64,000 nt of DNA, taken from Gemmatimonadales bacterium (lineage in GTDB: Bacteria; Gemmatimonadota; Gemmatimonadetes; Gemmatimonadales; GWC2-71-9). Below the pieces are notes generated by a model. That model saw only the letters and a list, made by a program, of their open reading frames with translations, made no database searches and had not been told where the DNA came from. A program made the position numbers and the translations under genes. This document shows, in pieces, positions 1-9,039 of this stretch (position 1 is the first letter of the stretch; each line of letters begins with the position of its first letter). Where the stretch lies: contig JBGATI010000024.1 in assembly GCA_044229245.1 (NCBI GenBank), positions 21,047 to 85,046 on the forward strand, read 5' to 3'.

Positions 1-2
1 TC

Positions 3-590
3 GCGCTCGGGAACGTCGCGCTCGCCGGGGCGGGACTCGCCGCCTTCAGCGCCTTCCTGTTCGGCGCCCTCACCACGGCCATTGCCATCAACTGGGCCCG
101 TCGGCGCCACCTTCGCAGCCAGTTTGCGCTGCCGCTCCTGCTCGAGTCCGTCCTGCTGCTCGGTTTCGGCCTTATGGGCTCCACCATCAGTCAGCACACC
201 GCCCTGCTGATGCCGGCGACCGTGCTGCTGCTCTGCTTCCTGATGGGACTCCAGAACGCGGTCATCACCAAGGTGAGCCGGGCCGAGATCCGGACCACAC
301 ACGTCACCGGCCTCGTGACCGACATGGGCATCGAACTGGGCAAGCTGCTGTACCTGAATCGTGCCCACAACGAACCGCCCGTGCTCGCGAACCGCGCGAA
401 GCTCCGGGTGCACTTTCTGCTGATCGGCAGCTTCTTCGGTGGCGGGGTCTGTGGCGCCCTCGGGTTCAAGCGGCTTGGTTACGCCGTGACGATCCCCCTC
501 GCACTGCTGCTGGCGCTCCTGGCCACGCGTCCGCTGTTCGAAGACTTTCAGGCGCGCCGGCGGCTCGCCCGCAAGCAGGCCTCGGATTGA
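3..590 (+). CDS. YoaK/DUF1275 family membrane protein (5' partial)
   Basis: Frame open from window edge; MGLQNA...IRTTHVTGLVTD signature, hydrophobic helices. Confidence 0.85.
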   Translation, partial: ALGNVALAGAGLAAFSAFLFGALTTAIAINWARRRHLRSQFALPLLLESVLLLGFGLMGSTISQHTALLMPATVLLLCFLMGLQNAVITKVSRAEIRTTHVTGLVTDMGIELGKLLYLNRAHNEPPVLANRAKLRVHFLLIGSFFGGGVCGALGFKRLGYAVTIPLALLLALLATRPLFEDFQARRRLARKQASD

Positions 591-614
591 ACCGTCGTGC
601 CAGGATGATGCTCC

Positions 615-959
615 GTGATGGATGAACAACCGCTCGCGCAGCAGTTGACCACACTCGCCCAGCTCCTCGCGGAGGTGGATGCCCGCCTCGCCCGCGCACC
701 GGCCGCGCCGGCGGGCCTCGAGCATCTGAAGCGATCGGTCGATGGACTCAGAACGAGCATGTGGGCGGTGCTTTCGGCCGGGACCGGCCTGACCGCGCCC
801 GTTCGGGTGGAGCGACTCAAGCTCCGGCGTGCCATCGAGGGGCTCCGGCTCATTCAGGAGGAGCTGGCGGCGCGTCCTGGTGCGCCGCGCCATCCCGAGC
901 ATGCCGAGCTGCTCGAGGTGGCGCGCGCCCTGATCGCGCAACTGGACCCGCCGCACTGA
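615..959 (+). CDS. Hypothetical helical protein, paralog of 28876..29232
   Basis: Ungapped alignment to second copy (GLE.LK..VD..RTS.WAVLSA, LRR, HPEH.E). Confidence 0.8.
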   Translation: MMDEQPLAQQLTTLAQLLAEVDARLARAPAAPAGLEHLKRSVDGLRTSMWAVLSAGTGLTAPVRVERLKLRRAIEGLRLIQEELAARPGAPRHPEHAELLEVARALIAQLDPPH

Positions 960-1001
960 ATCCGGTGCCGCTGACACACTTCCCCGGAACGTGAGGTCTC
1001 C

Positions 1002-1364
1002 ATGGTGACGAAGGTGAACCTCCGGCAGAAGCTGGCGCTCTTCAGCGACCAGTGGAGCCCCAAGGTGCTCGCCGACTTGAACGACAGCCACGTGAAGGTG
1101 GCCAAGGTGCAGGGCGAGTTCGTCTGGCACAATCACGCCGACGAGGACGAGCTCTTCCTGATCCTCCATGGCCGCCTGACGATCGAGCTGCGCGATGGCA
1201 GCGTGACCCTCGAGCCGGGCGAGTTCGTGGTGATCCCCAAGGGAGTCGATCACCGCCCGGTCGCGGAGGAGGAGGTGCACCTGCTGCTCATCGAGCCGAA
1301 GGCGATCAAGCACACCGGTGGCGTCGCCGACCCGCGGACGGTGACGGACTGGCAGCGGCTCTGA
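1002..1364 (+). CDS. Cupin domain protein
   Basis: GEFVWHNH..EDELF...G...VVIPKGVDHRP cupin motifs; GAGG RBS. Confidence 0.9.
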   Translation: MVTKVNLRQKLALFSDQWSPKVLADLNDSHVKVAKVQGEFVWHNHADEDELFLILHGRLTIELRDGSVTLEPGEFVVIPKGVDHRPVAEEEVHLLLIEPKAIKHTGGVADPRTVTDWQRL

Positions 1365-1434
1365 CCCCGCCCGACGACCGGACGCGGCGAACCCGCGGAG
1401 GTCGTGCGAGCCTGCACGAAAGGAACCAGCTGGG

Positions 1435-3192
1435 ATGGCATCACGTCTGAGGAGCATCGCCCGGAGGACTCTCGCGGCAGCTGCTGCGGCACTCGCGCTG
1501 TCTGCCGCCTCGGCCCGCGCCCAGGCCCGGGACAGCTGGGCCGCCCACGGCCATGACTTCGGTGGGCAGCGCTTCTCGCCGCTTACCAGCATCAATACCG
1601 CGAACGTGACCCGCCTCGCGCCGGCGTGGACCTACCACAGTGGAGTCACCGCCACTTTCCAGACCACGCCCATCGTGGTCGACACGGTGATGTACGTCTC
1701 GCTCCCCTTCAGCAGCGTCGTGGCGCTCGACGCCCGGGACGGGCATGAAATCTGGCGGTACACGCATGCGTCCCGGACCACGAAGATCTGCTGCGGACCG
1801 GCGAATCGCGGCGTCGCGGTGGCCGAGGGCCGGGTCCATGTCGGGACGGTCGATGGCCGGCTGATCGCGCTCGATGCCGGGACCGGCGCAAAGCTGTGGG
1901 ACGTCACCGTCGCCGAATACCAGGGAACGACCGAGGCGACCACTCAGCTCCGCGGCGACGACCCACTGTCGCAGGTCGGGGCCAACGGTTCGACCGGCGT
2001 CGGCATCGGCATGGCACCGCTGGTGTATGAGGGCAAGGTCTTCGTCGGAATCGCGGGCGTCGGGTACGGGCTCCACCCGGATCAGGGGCTCGCGGTCGTC
2101 GGCGTCTCCGGTCAGTACGGCCGCCCGGGGCTCATGGCGGCGTTCGATGCGAAGACCGGCAAAGTGCTGTGGCGCTTCGATGTCACCGGCCCGGGATGGG
2201 AGGGAGACTTCCGGAACACCACGCTGGACGGCGTGCCCATGCACCGCGACATCGCGCGCGAGCGGGCCGAGGCGCCCCAGCATCGCGACGCCTGGCGCTA
2301 CGGCGGAGGGTCGATCTATGCCACCCCGGTGGTGGATACCGAGCGGAAGCTGCTCATCTTCGGCACGGGCAATCCGTCCCCGCAGATGGCCGATGCCTCC
2401 CGCCCAGGCGACAACCTCTATACCTCCTCGCTGATCGCCCTCGACCTCCGAACCGGCAGGATGGTCTGGCATTATCAGCAGACGCCGCACGATCAATGGG
2501 GGTACGACGTCGCGAGCTCTCCGGTGCTGCTCGACGTGACCCGCGAGGGACGGAGGATCCCCGCGGTGGCACATGCCAGCAAGACCGGCTGGGTCTTCAT
2601 TCACGACCGGCGCGACGGTCACCTGCTCTTCAAGTCGGAGCCGTTCGTCCCCCAGCGCAATCTGTTCACGCCGCCGCAACCGGGTGAGGGTGTCGTGATC
2701 GCCCCCGGCATCGCGGGTGGCGCCAACTGGTCGCCTTCGGCCTACGATCCCGAGCAGCAGCTCTTCTTCGTCGGCGCGCTCCATCTGCCGACGGTCTATG
2801 TCGCCCACGAAGTCCAGCGCCCCGACGGCACGACGCTGCAGTATGCCAGCACGCAGAACACCGAGGAGAAGTGGGGTACCCTCACCGCCCTCGACCTCGC
2901 GCAGCAGGGTCGCATCCGCTGGCAGGTGCGCACCGAGGAGCCGCTCGTCGGCGGCGTCCTGGCGACAGCGGGCGGCCTGCTCTTCTCGGGCGCGGGCAAG
3001 GGCGTGTTCGCGGCGTTCGATGGCGGCACCGGGGCGCAGCTCTGGTCCTACCAGTGCGCCGCCGGCGTGAACGCTCCTCCAATCACCTACGCCGTGCGCG
3101 GCAGGCAGTACGTCGCGGTCGCGGTGGGGGGCAACGCCCTCTTCGGCTTCACGCAGGGCGACATGGTGATGGCATTCGCCCTTCCCGAGTGA
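1435..3192 (+). CDS. Secreted PQQ-dependent dehydrogenase-like beta-propeller
   Basis: Signal peptide, QRFSPL..IN..NV..L..AW, vicinal CCG..NRG, GTGNPSP, PGDNLYT, PITY...GRQYVAV. Confidence 0.88.
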   Translation: MASRLRSIARRTLAAAAAALALSAASARAQARDSWAAHGHDFGGQRFSPLTSINTANVTRLAPAWTYHSGVTATFQTTPIVVDTVMYVSLPFSSVVALDARDGHEIWRYTHASRTTKICCGPANRGVAVAEGRVHVGTVDGRLIALDAGTGAKLWDVTVAEYQGTTEATTQLRGDDPLSQVGANGSTGVGIGMAPLVYEGKVFVGIAGVGYGLHPDQGLAVVGVSGQYGRPGLMAAFDAKTGKVLWRFDVTGPGWEGDFRNTTLDGVPMHRDIARERAEAPQHRDAWRYGGGSIYATPVVDTERKLLIFGTGNPSPQMADASRPGDNLYTSSLIALDLRTGRMVWHYQQTPHDQWGYDVASSPVLLDVTREGRRIPAVAHASKTGWVFIHDRRDGHLLFKSEPFVPQRNLFTPPQPGEGVVIAPGIAGGANWSPSAYDPEQQLFFVGALHLPTVYVAHEVQRPDGTTLQYASTQNTEEKWGTLTALDLAQQGRIRWQVRTEEPLVGGVLATAGGLLFSGAGKGVFAAFDGGTGAQLWSYQCAAGVNAPPITYAVRGRQYVAVAVGGNALFGFTQGDMVMAFALPE

Positions 3193-3235
3193 GCAGCCCC
3201 TCCATGACGTGCCCTGCCTGCGCGGGAGGTTGTTC

Positions 3236-3664
3236 GTGAGCAGCGATCTGCGACTGGGTACCAGACGCACCGGCCGCCTCGCCGCCGGGCTCGCCGCATC
3301 CGCCACGCTGTCCCTCGCGGGATTCGTCGCGGTCTCGGAGATCGATCCGGTCCTGCATCTCTACGACGGACTCTGGATGTTCGCCGGGGCGAGCGTTGCC
3401 TTTGCCTGCATTGCCCCGGTGGTGAAGCGGTGGCGCCGCGAACCGGCGCTGGCCCTCATCGCCGCCGGGGTCGCCGCCGGCGCCTGGTGTCCGCTGGTGC
3501 TCCTCGCGCTCCGGGCCCACATCCCGGTGCTTGCGAGGCTCAAGGGCTCGATCTTCCTGAGCAGCGGCGATGTGATCGGCGTCGCGCTGCCGGTCGGAGC
3601 GACGCTGGCCTGGTTCGCGCTGGGCGAACACCGGCCCGCCTCCGGCACGGACCGGCAGACCTAG
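3236..3664 (+). CDS. Hypothetical membrane protein
   Basis: GTG after GGAGG; about 4 hydrophobic segments. Confidence 0.6.
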   Translation: MSSDLRLGTRRTGRLAAGLAASATLSLAGFVAVSEIDPVLHLYDGLWMFAGASVAFACIAPVVKRWRREPALALIAAGVAAGAWCPLVLLALRAHIPVLARLKGSIFLSSGDVIGVALPVGATLAWFALGEHRPASGTDRQT

Positions 3665-3692
3665 CAGCGATGCCACCGGAGACCGGAATCCG

Positions 3693-4385
3693 ATGAGCGA
3701 TCGACGGAAGCTGGTGCCATTCGATGCCGAGCACTTTTCACGGCGCGCGGCGGCCGGGGAGCGCGTCGATCCCGCCGCGGCGTTCCGGCATGCGTGGCGC
3801 ACCAACTTCTGGAGCGGACCCGAATCCCACTCGGGCCAGGGATCGAGCCTGGATCAGACCGCCCGCCTGCGTGAGGCGCTGCCGTCGCTGCTCAGCCGCC
3901 ACGGCGTGGGGTCACTGCTCGATCTTCCCTGCGGCGACTGCCACTGGATTTCGCAGGTGCCGCTGCCCGGTATCACCTACACCGGCGGCGACCTCCTGCC
4001 CGAGATTGTGGAAGGCAACCGCGCCCGCTTCGCCGGTTCCGGGCGAAGATTCCTGCAGCTCGACCTCACCAGCTCACGGCTTCCCACTGCCGATCTGCTC
4101 CTCTGCCGGGATGCGCTGGTGCATCTTTCGTTCGCGGACATCGTCGCCGCACTCGGGAACCTTCGCTCCTCCTCCATCGGCCTCCTGCTCACGACGACGT
4201 TCCCGGGCGAAGCCGTGAACCAGGACATCACCACGGGCGACTGGCGCCCCCTGAATCTCGAATGCGCTCCCTTTGGCTTTCCGGCGCCGATCGAGCGTTT
4301 CAACGAAGGGTGTACCGAAGGAGAGGGCCAGTTCGCGGACAAGTCCCTCGGTCTCTGGCGCGTCGAGGACCTGCCGGAATTCTGA
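3693..4385 (+). CDS. Class I SAM-dependent methyltransferase
   Basis: SGQGS, LLDLPCGD motif I, DLLLCRDALVHL. Confidence 0.85.
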   Translation: MSDRRKLVPFDAEHFSRRAAAGERVDPAAAFRHAWRTNFWSGPESHSGQGSSLDQTARLREALPSLLSRHGVGSLLDLPCGDCHWISQVPLPGITYTGGDLLPEIVEGNRARFAGSGRRFLQLDLTSSRLPTADLLLCRDALVHLSFADIVAALGNLRSSSIGLLLTTTFPGEAVNQDITTGDWRPLNLECAPFGFPAPIERFNEGCTEGEGQFADKSLGLWRVEDLPEF

Positions 4386-4431
4386 CCCGATGTCCACCGC
4401 CGCCAGGCCATGCCGAACCGGAGTCGCTCGC

Positions 4432-4731
4432 ATGCACTACCTCCTGATGTACGACGTCGTGGATGACTACGTCAGCCGTCGAGGCGCCTTCCGCGCGGCG
4501 CATCTTGAACTCGGCCGGCAGGCCGTCGCGCGTGGTGAGCTGCTCCTCGGTGGAGCGGTCGGCGATCCGGTCGACGGTGCCGTCCTGCTCTTCCAGGGAG
4601 ACGATCCTGCTGCGGCGGAACGATTCGCGATGTCCGATCCCTACGTCCTCAATGGGCTGGTGACCCGCTGGCGGGTGCGTCCCTGGGCCACGGTCGTCGG
4701 TCCGGACGCGGCCGTGCGTGTCGCACCCTGA
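4432..4731 (+). CDS. YciI-like protein
   Basis: MHYLLMYD...RR..FR.AHL...DPYV.NGLV..W.VRPW. Confidence 0.88.
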   Translation: MHYLLMYDVVDDYVSRRGAFRAAHLELGRQAVARGELLLGGAVGDPVDGAVLLFQGDDPAAAERFAMSDPYVLNGLVTRWRVRPWATVVGPDAAVRVAP

Positions 4732-4743
4732 TCGGATGCCACC

Positions 4744-5601
4744 GTGGAGCTCTGCTTCGCTACCTGCCTGACTCGGCCCCGGATCACCGACGACGACGCC
4801 ATCCTCGCCCGGGCTCTCGACGACCTCGGTGTACAGGTGCACGCTCGCCCCTGGCAGGAGATCGAGCCCTCGCCGGGTGCCGCCACGACCCTGCTGCGCT
4901 CGACCTGGGATTACTACCGCCACCCGCGAGAATTCCACCGCTGGCTCTGCCGCATGGGCGAGGCCCGCGCCCGCCTGCTCAATCCTGCCGCCACGGCGCT
5001 CGGCAACATGGACAAGTGGTACCTCCGCGAGCTGGAACACTGCGGGTTCCCGCTTCCGCGGACACGATGGCTGGACCGGCCGGAGCGCACCAGTGTCGCA
5101 CGCATCCTCGAGGAAGAACGATGGGAACGCGCCGTGCTCAAGCCGCGCGTCAGCGCGGGCTCCCACGGGACCATCCTCATCGAGGACGTCGCATGTCTGA
5201 GCAATGAGGCGCTCATCCCTGCCCAGGAGGCAGGTGGCTTGGTGCAGGAGTTCCTTCCGGAGATCCAGGACGAGGGTGAGCTGTCGCTGATGTTCTTCGG
5301 AGGAGAGTTCAGCCACGCGATCCGCAAGCAGCCTCGGCCCGGGGACTTCCGAGTCCAGTCGAAGCATGGGGGTGACACTGGTGTCGCGACGCCATCGCCA
5401 GGCACCCTCGCGCTCGGCCATTCGCTGGTGGCGACCATCCCGCCGCCCTGCCCATACGCCAGAGTGGACATCGTGGAGACCCGTCGCGGCCCGCTCCTGA
5501 TGGAGCTGGAGCTGATCGAGCCGGAGCTGTTCTTCCGCCATGCGCCTGACTCGGCGTCCCGGCTGGCCTGGGTGATCCACCGTCACCTCGCGGAAGACTG
5601 A
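4744..5601 (+). CDS. ATP-grasp ligase (RimK/GshB-like)
   Basis: LRSTWDY, DKWYL, VLKP.VSAG, LVQEF..EI..EGE, YARVD, LMELELIEP. Confidence 0.85.
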   Translation: MELCFATCLTRPRITDDDAILARALDDLGVQVHARPWQEIEPSPGAATTLLRSTWDYYRHPREFHRWLCRMGEARARLLNPAATALGNMDKWYLRELEHCGFPLPRTRWLDRPERTSVARILEEERWERAVLKPRVSAGSHGTILIEDVACLSNEALIPAQEAGGLVQEFLPEIQDEGELSLMFFGGEFSHAIRKQPRPGDFRVQSKHGGDTGVATPSPGTLALGHSLVATIPPPCPYARVDIVETRRGPLLMELELIEPELFFRHAPDSASRLAWVIHRHLAED

Positions 5602-5625
5602 CCGCCTCCGGGCGAGTCGCCCCGC

Positions 5626-5653
5626 TTGCTCTCCCCCGTCCGGGCCCTAGAAT
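5626..5653 (+). promoter_or_regulatory. Putative sigma70 promoter
   Basis: TTGCTC-N16-TAGAAT upstream of GGAGG RBS of SRPBCC gene. Confidence 0.5.
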
Positions 5654-5676
5654 GAAATCCTTCCCCGGAGGGTGAC

Positions 5677-6108
5677 ATGTCGGACATCCTGCATCAGTTT
5701 CCGGTCTCGGCACCCGTCGCGAGCGTGTTTGAGGCAGTGAGCTCCCCCGCCGGGCTGGACCAGTGGTGGACCGCCCGCGCGGCCGGCACACCCCGGCCTG
5801 GTGCGGTCTATCAGCTCTGGTTCGGGCCCGAGTACGATTGGCGCGCCACGGTGACGGAGTGCCGGCCCGACGCCGCCTTCGAGCTGCAGGTGACCGTCGC
5901 CATGCCCGATTGGCTGGGGACACGAATCCGCTTCGAGCTCGAGGCCGATCAGGGTGGGACCAGCGTACGATTCGCGCACTCGGGCTGGCCCGAGGCAAGC
6001 GAGCACTTCCGCATCTCCTCCTACTGCTGGGCGATGTACCTCCGCATCCTCAAGCGGCATCTCGAGTACGGCGAGCAGGTTCCCTACGAGCGGCGACTCG
6101 AGGTCTAG
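5677..6108 (+). CDS. SRPBCC/AHSA1 domain protein
   Basis: VFEAVS...GL..WW, W.GT.I.F.L, T.VRFAH.GW, W..YL..LK..LE.G. Confidence 0.88.
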   Translation: MSDILHQFPVSAPVASVFEAVSSPAGLDQWWTARAAGTPRPGAVYQLWFGPEYDWRATVTECRPDAAFELQVTVAMPDWLGTRIRFELEADQGGTSVRFAHSGWPEASEHFRISSYCWAMYLRILKRHLEYGEQVPYERRLEV

Positions 6109-6310
6109 CGTGATGGCAGTCCGGACCAGCGAATCCCCCGGCCGGGACGCTGCCGCTGGACGCGAGACCGGGGACGGTCCATTCTTCGGTGCAGTGGTGC
6201 GTGCGGACCATCCCCCATCCAGGGCGATCCATTCCATCCTCCTTTCCTTCCGGCGCAGGGCGTGACCGTCCCAGCCGAGCATTCGGCGGCCGAACGCTGC
6301 CGGCGCCGTC

Positions 6311-6634
6311 GTGAGTGCCCGCATCGAGGTGCGAAACGGCATTACCGTCGCGGGCCGCGGGGCGGTATTGATCGGCTTCGTGCTGGATGGGACCCCGCGT
6401 GCCGGTCAACGCACCCCACCGCTCGACGTTGGTGACGGTGCGCCGCGCCGGCTCGAGGTCATCGCGATCCAGAAGCTGTCCTCGCCCGATGCAGGCCGTT
6501 CCGGCGTCGGCCTGGTGTTTCGCGATGCTCCGAGCCTCAAGGCGCTGGAACGCGCTCTTCCGGGGCGCAGCGTAATCGCGCTGGAGGACCCCGTCGTCGC
6601 CGAACACCGGGACGACGCCATTGATCCGGAGTGA
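6311..6634 (+). CDS. Hypothetical, EF-Tu domain II-like beta-barrel
   Basis: ITVAGRGAVLIGFVLDG resembles EF-Tu domain II SISGRGTVVTGRVERG; later GVGLVF. Confidence 0.55.
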   Translation: MSARIEVRNGITVAGRGAVLIGFVLDGTPRAGQRTPPLDVGDGAPRRLEVIAIQKLSSPDAGRSGVGLVFRDAPSLKALERALPGRSVIALEDPVVAEHRDDAIDPE

Positions 6635-6637
6635 ACC

Positions 6638-6850
6638 ATGAGAGAGATCCCGTGCACGCTGCTATCGTTGGCGCTGCTGTCCTGCTCAGCGGGGACCAAG
6701 ACGAGTACCGGACGGACGGAACGCGAGACGGACAGCGTGATCGGTCAATCCCAGGTACCGGGCGCCCCAGTCGTGCAGAAGGCGCTCGAGGCCTCGGATA
6801 GCGCGCGAGCCCGCGTTGCGGCGCAGGATTCGATCGCGACGGCGCCGTAG
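6638..6850 (+). CDS. Small lipoprotein
   Basis: Lipobox LLSC; GGAG RBS. Confidence 0.65.
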   Translation: MREIPCTLLSLALLSCSAGTKTSTGRTERETDSVIGQSQVPGAPVVQKALEASDSARARVAAQDSIATAP

Positions 6851-6879
6851 ATGCGACGCGACGGTCCGACGAGTCGCTG

Positions 6880-7350
6880 GTGAGGTTTGGGCTGGGCGTC
6901 CGGACGCTCTGCGGTGGCGGCGCGCTGCTCCTTGCCGCATGCTCGCCGTCCAGAGGACCCCTTGGCCCGAAGGCTGAGACCGGTCCACCTGGATGCTACG
7001 TGATCCTCGAGGTAAGACAGCTCGGCGGCGAGACCACCGAATTCCTCTTTCCCGGATTTTTCGCCCTCGATTCCGCTTCGCTGCCCGACGCGGCGATGCC
7101 GGGACGGCTGGTCCTGCTCCCGCGCGACGATCTCTCCCGTCGTGCCGGTTCCTGGTCCTGGATGGAGCGTGGCGACTCGATCGTGCTGAACGCCAGCACG
7201 CCTGCCGAGGGTTGGCATCTCGGTTTCACCCGTTCGGGCGGGACGTGGCAGGGTCGGTTGAGTGGATGGGCGGACGCATTCACCGTGAGCTGGGCGGTCG
7301 GCGGCCGCCAATTGGCGTGCCCTGACGGACTGGTCCCGGCGGCCCACTGA
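6880..7350 (+). CDS. Hypothetical lipoprotein
   Basis: Lipobox LAAC after hydrophobic stretch. Confidence 0.6.
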   Translation: MRFGLGVRTLCGGGALLLAACSPSRGPLGPKAETGPPGCYVILEVRQLGGETTEFLFPGFFALDSASLPDAAMPGRLVLLPRDDLSRRAGSWSWMERGDSIVLNASTPAEGWHLGFTRSGGTWQGRLSGWADAFTVSWAVGGRQLACPDGLVPAAH

Positions 7351-7384
7351 CGGCGGGGTCCCTGATGTTCCCGGAGCGCGACTG

Positions 7385-7909
7385 ATGGCCCGCACCACGC
7401 TGATCTTGCCCGGCCTGTACGACTCGGGGCCGGAGCACTGGCAGTCCCACTGGGAGCGAAGCGACCCATCCTGCAGGCGCGTCCGCCACGATAACTGGGA
7501 GACCCCCGAACGACGCGACTGGGTGGTCACGCTCGATACGGTGATCGCTGCGTCCGAACCTGAGATCCTGCTCGTGGCGCACAGTACAGCCTGCGCCCTG
7601 GTCGCCTTCTGGGCCGCTGAGCATCCAAGGCCGATCCGCGGCGCCCTCCTCGTCGGCCCGAGCGACACCGAGGCCCGGAGTTACCCGAGCGGTCCGACAG
7701 GGTGGCGGCCGATGCCGCTCTGGCGACTCCCCTTCCCTTCGATCGTCGTGGCCAGCAGTGATGACGAGTACGTGTCGCTCGATCGCGCGGAGCAGTTTGC
7801 CAGGGCGTGGGGCAGCCGCTTCGTGAACGCCGGCGCCCTCGGCCACATCAACTCGGCCAGCGGTCTGGGCGACTGGCCGGTGGGCCGCGCCCTGCTCGCG
7901 AGCCTCTGA
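7385..7909 (+). CDS. RBBP9/YdeN family alpha/beta hydrolase
   Basis: LPG...SGP.HWQ..W, VAHS, VASSDD.Y, GHIN..SGLG.W. Confidence 0.9.
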   Translation: MARTTLILPGLYDSGPEHWQSHWERSDPSCRRVRHDNWETPERRDWVVTLDTVIAASEPEILLVAHSTACALVAFWAAEHPRPIRGALLVGPSDTEARSYPSGPTGWRPMPLWRLPFPSIVVASSDDEYVSLDRAEQFARAWGSRFVNAGALGHINSASGLGDWPVGRALLASL

Positions 7910-7990
7910 CCCCTTCGACATCCCGTCGTACCCATGCTAGGTTAGCCCGATCCGAAATCACCACCCGTTCGTCTGCTGAAAGGAGTGTCC

Positions 7991-8458
7991 ATGCGGCACC
8001 AGTTGCTGTTGTCCATGCTCACCACGCTCTGCCTGGCTCCGGTCGCGACCCTGCACGCCCAGGAGATGTTTCCGGACGTGGAGTACGTCGCCGGCAAGGA
8101 CGGTTTCTCGGATAAGGCAAAGGGCACGCTGATCCTTGGCAGCGACGAACTTCGCTTCGTGAACAAGGATGGCAACCTGATCTTTGCGGTGCCGGTCGCA
8201 TCGATCACCGAAGTGACGCAGGACGTGCAGGTGCGTGACGCGAGCGTCGGGAAGAAGCTGCTCTTCGGCGGGCTGGCGGGGTCGCGGAAGCAGGAATTCG
8301 TGCAGATCACCTCGGAGTCGGCAACGACCGCCGAGGGCATCGTCTTCAAGGTCAAGCAGGGCACGTCGGTCAACGTGGTCGCGAAGATCAAGTTCGCCGT
8401 GAAGCGCGCCGGCAACACCCCCAGGTCAGCCGAAGCCACAGACTCGGCGCGTCAGTGA
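7991..8458 (+). CDS. Secreted hypothetical protein (PH-like fold possible)
   Basis: AAGGAG RBS, signal peptide ending LHA-Q, beta-rich GTLIL...LRF...I..V pattern. Confidence 0.75.
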   Translation: MRHQLLLSMLTTLCLAPVATLHAQEMFPDVEYVAGKDGFSDKAKGTLILGSDELRFVNKDGNLIFAVPVASITEVTQDVQVRDASVGKKLLFGGLAGSRKQEFVQITSESATTAEGIVFKVKQGTSVNVVAKIKFAVKRAGNTPRSAEATDSARQ

Positions 8459-9021
8459 CGGGGGGAACCCCGGGGCCGCGCCCCTCCCGTGCCGCGAGCA
8501 CGCCGCCGAAGATCGTGGTCAGTCCCGACCCCGTCCGGCCGCGTCGCTCGCCCGCACTGGCCCTCGGTCACCTGGTCGTTGGTCTCCTGATCCTCGGCTA
8601 CGGAATGATCGCGCGAGCGCCGATGTCTCCAAGCGCGGTGATGAGCGGCGTGATCGACTCGGTGGAGACGCTTCCGTCGAGTGCGACCGATCTGTTCGGA
8701 CGGCAGCATCCGACCAGGGCGGTCGCCGTCTATCTGCCCAAGGCCCCGTCGGCGCGGACCTTCAAGCTCCCGCTCGGGACGGCGGCGCTCGCCGATTCCC
8801 TGCATGCCGCCGACACGCTCCAGGCCCTCCTCGGCTGGCGCTCGGAGGGAGACACGGCGACGGCACTGAGGATCATGCGGAATGGCGGCCTGCTCCTTGA
8901 TTCCACCGTCGTCCTCGGGGCTCAACGGAAGGAACGCTCCCGCATCGTCCTCTTCGGGGGACTGTTCGCGACCATCGGCGTGGTGATGCTCATGCGCCGT
9001 GGGGCCCCGGCCGTCGCCTGA
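8455..9021 (+). CDS. Hypothetical two-TM membrane protein
   Basis: GTGA overlap with upstream gene; N- and C-terminal TM helices. Confidence 0.6.
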   Translation: MTGGTPGPRPSRAASTPPKIVVSPDPVRPRRSPALALGHLVVGLLILGYGMIARAPMSPSAVMSGVIDSVETLPSSATDLFGRQHPTRAVAVYLPKAPSARTFKLPLGTAALADSLHAADTLQALLGWRSEGDTATALRIMRNGGLLLDSTVVLGAQRKERSRIVLFGGLFATIGVVMLMRRGAPAVA

Positions 9022-9039
9022 CACAATCCTGCGCGCCGG

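Noticed and set aside
1441-3306. 621-aa minus ORF and similar long antisense ORFs (4300-5586, 18004-19212, 44582-47248, 58052-59617)
   Set aside because: GC-rich shadow frames of well-supported genes.
6110-6265. ~50-aa ORF between the SRPBCC and EF-Tu-like genes
   Set aside because: Atypical codon usage and no motif; cannot be supported.
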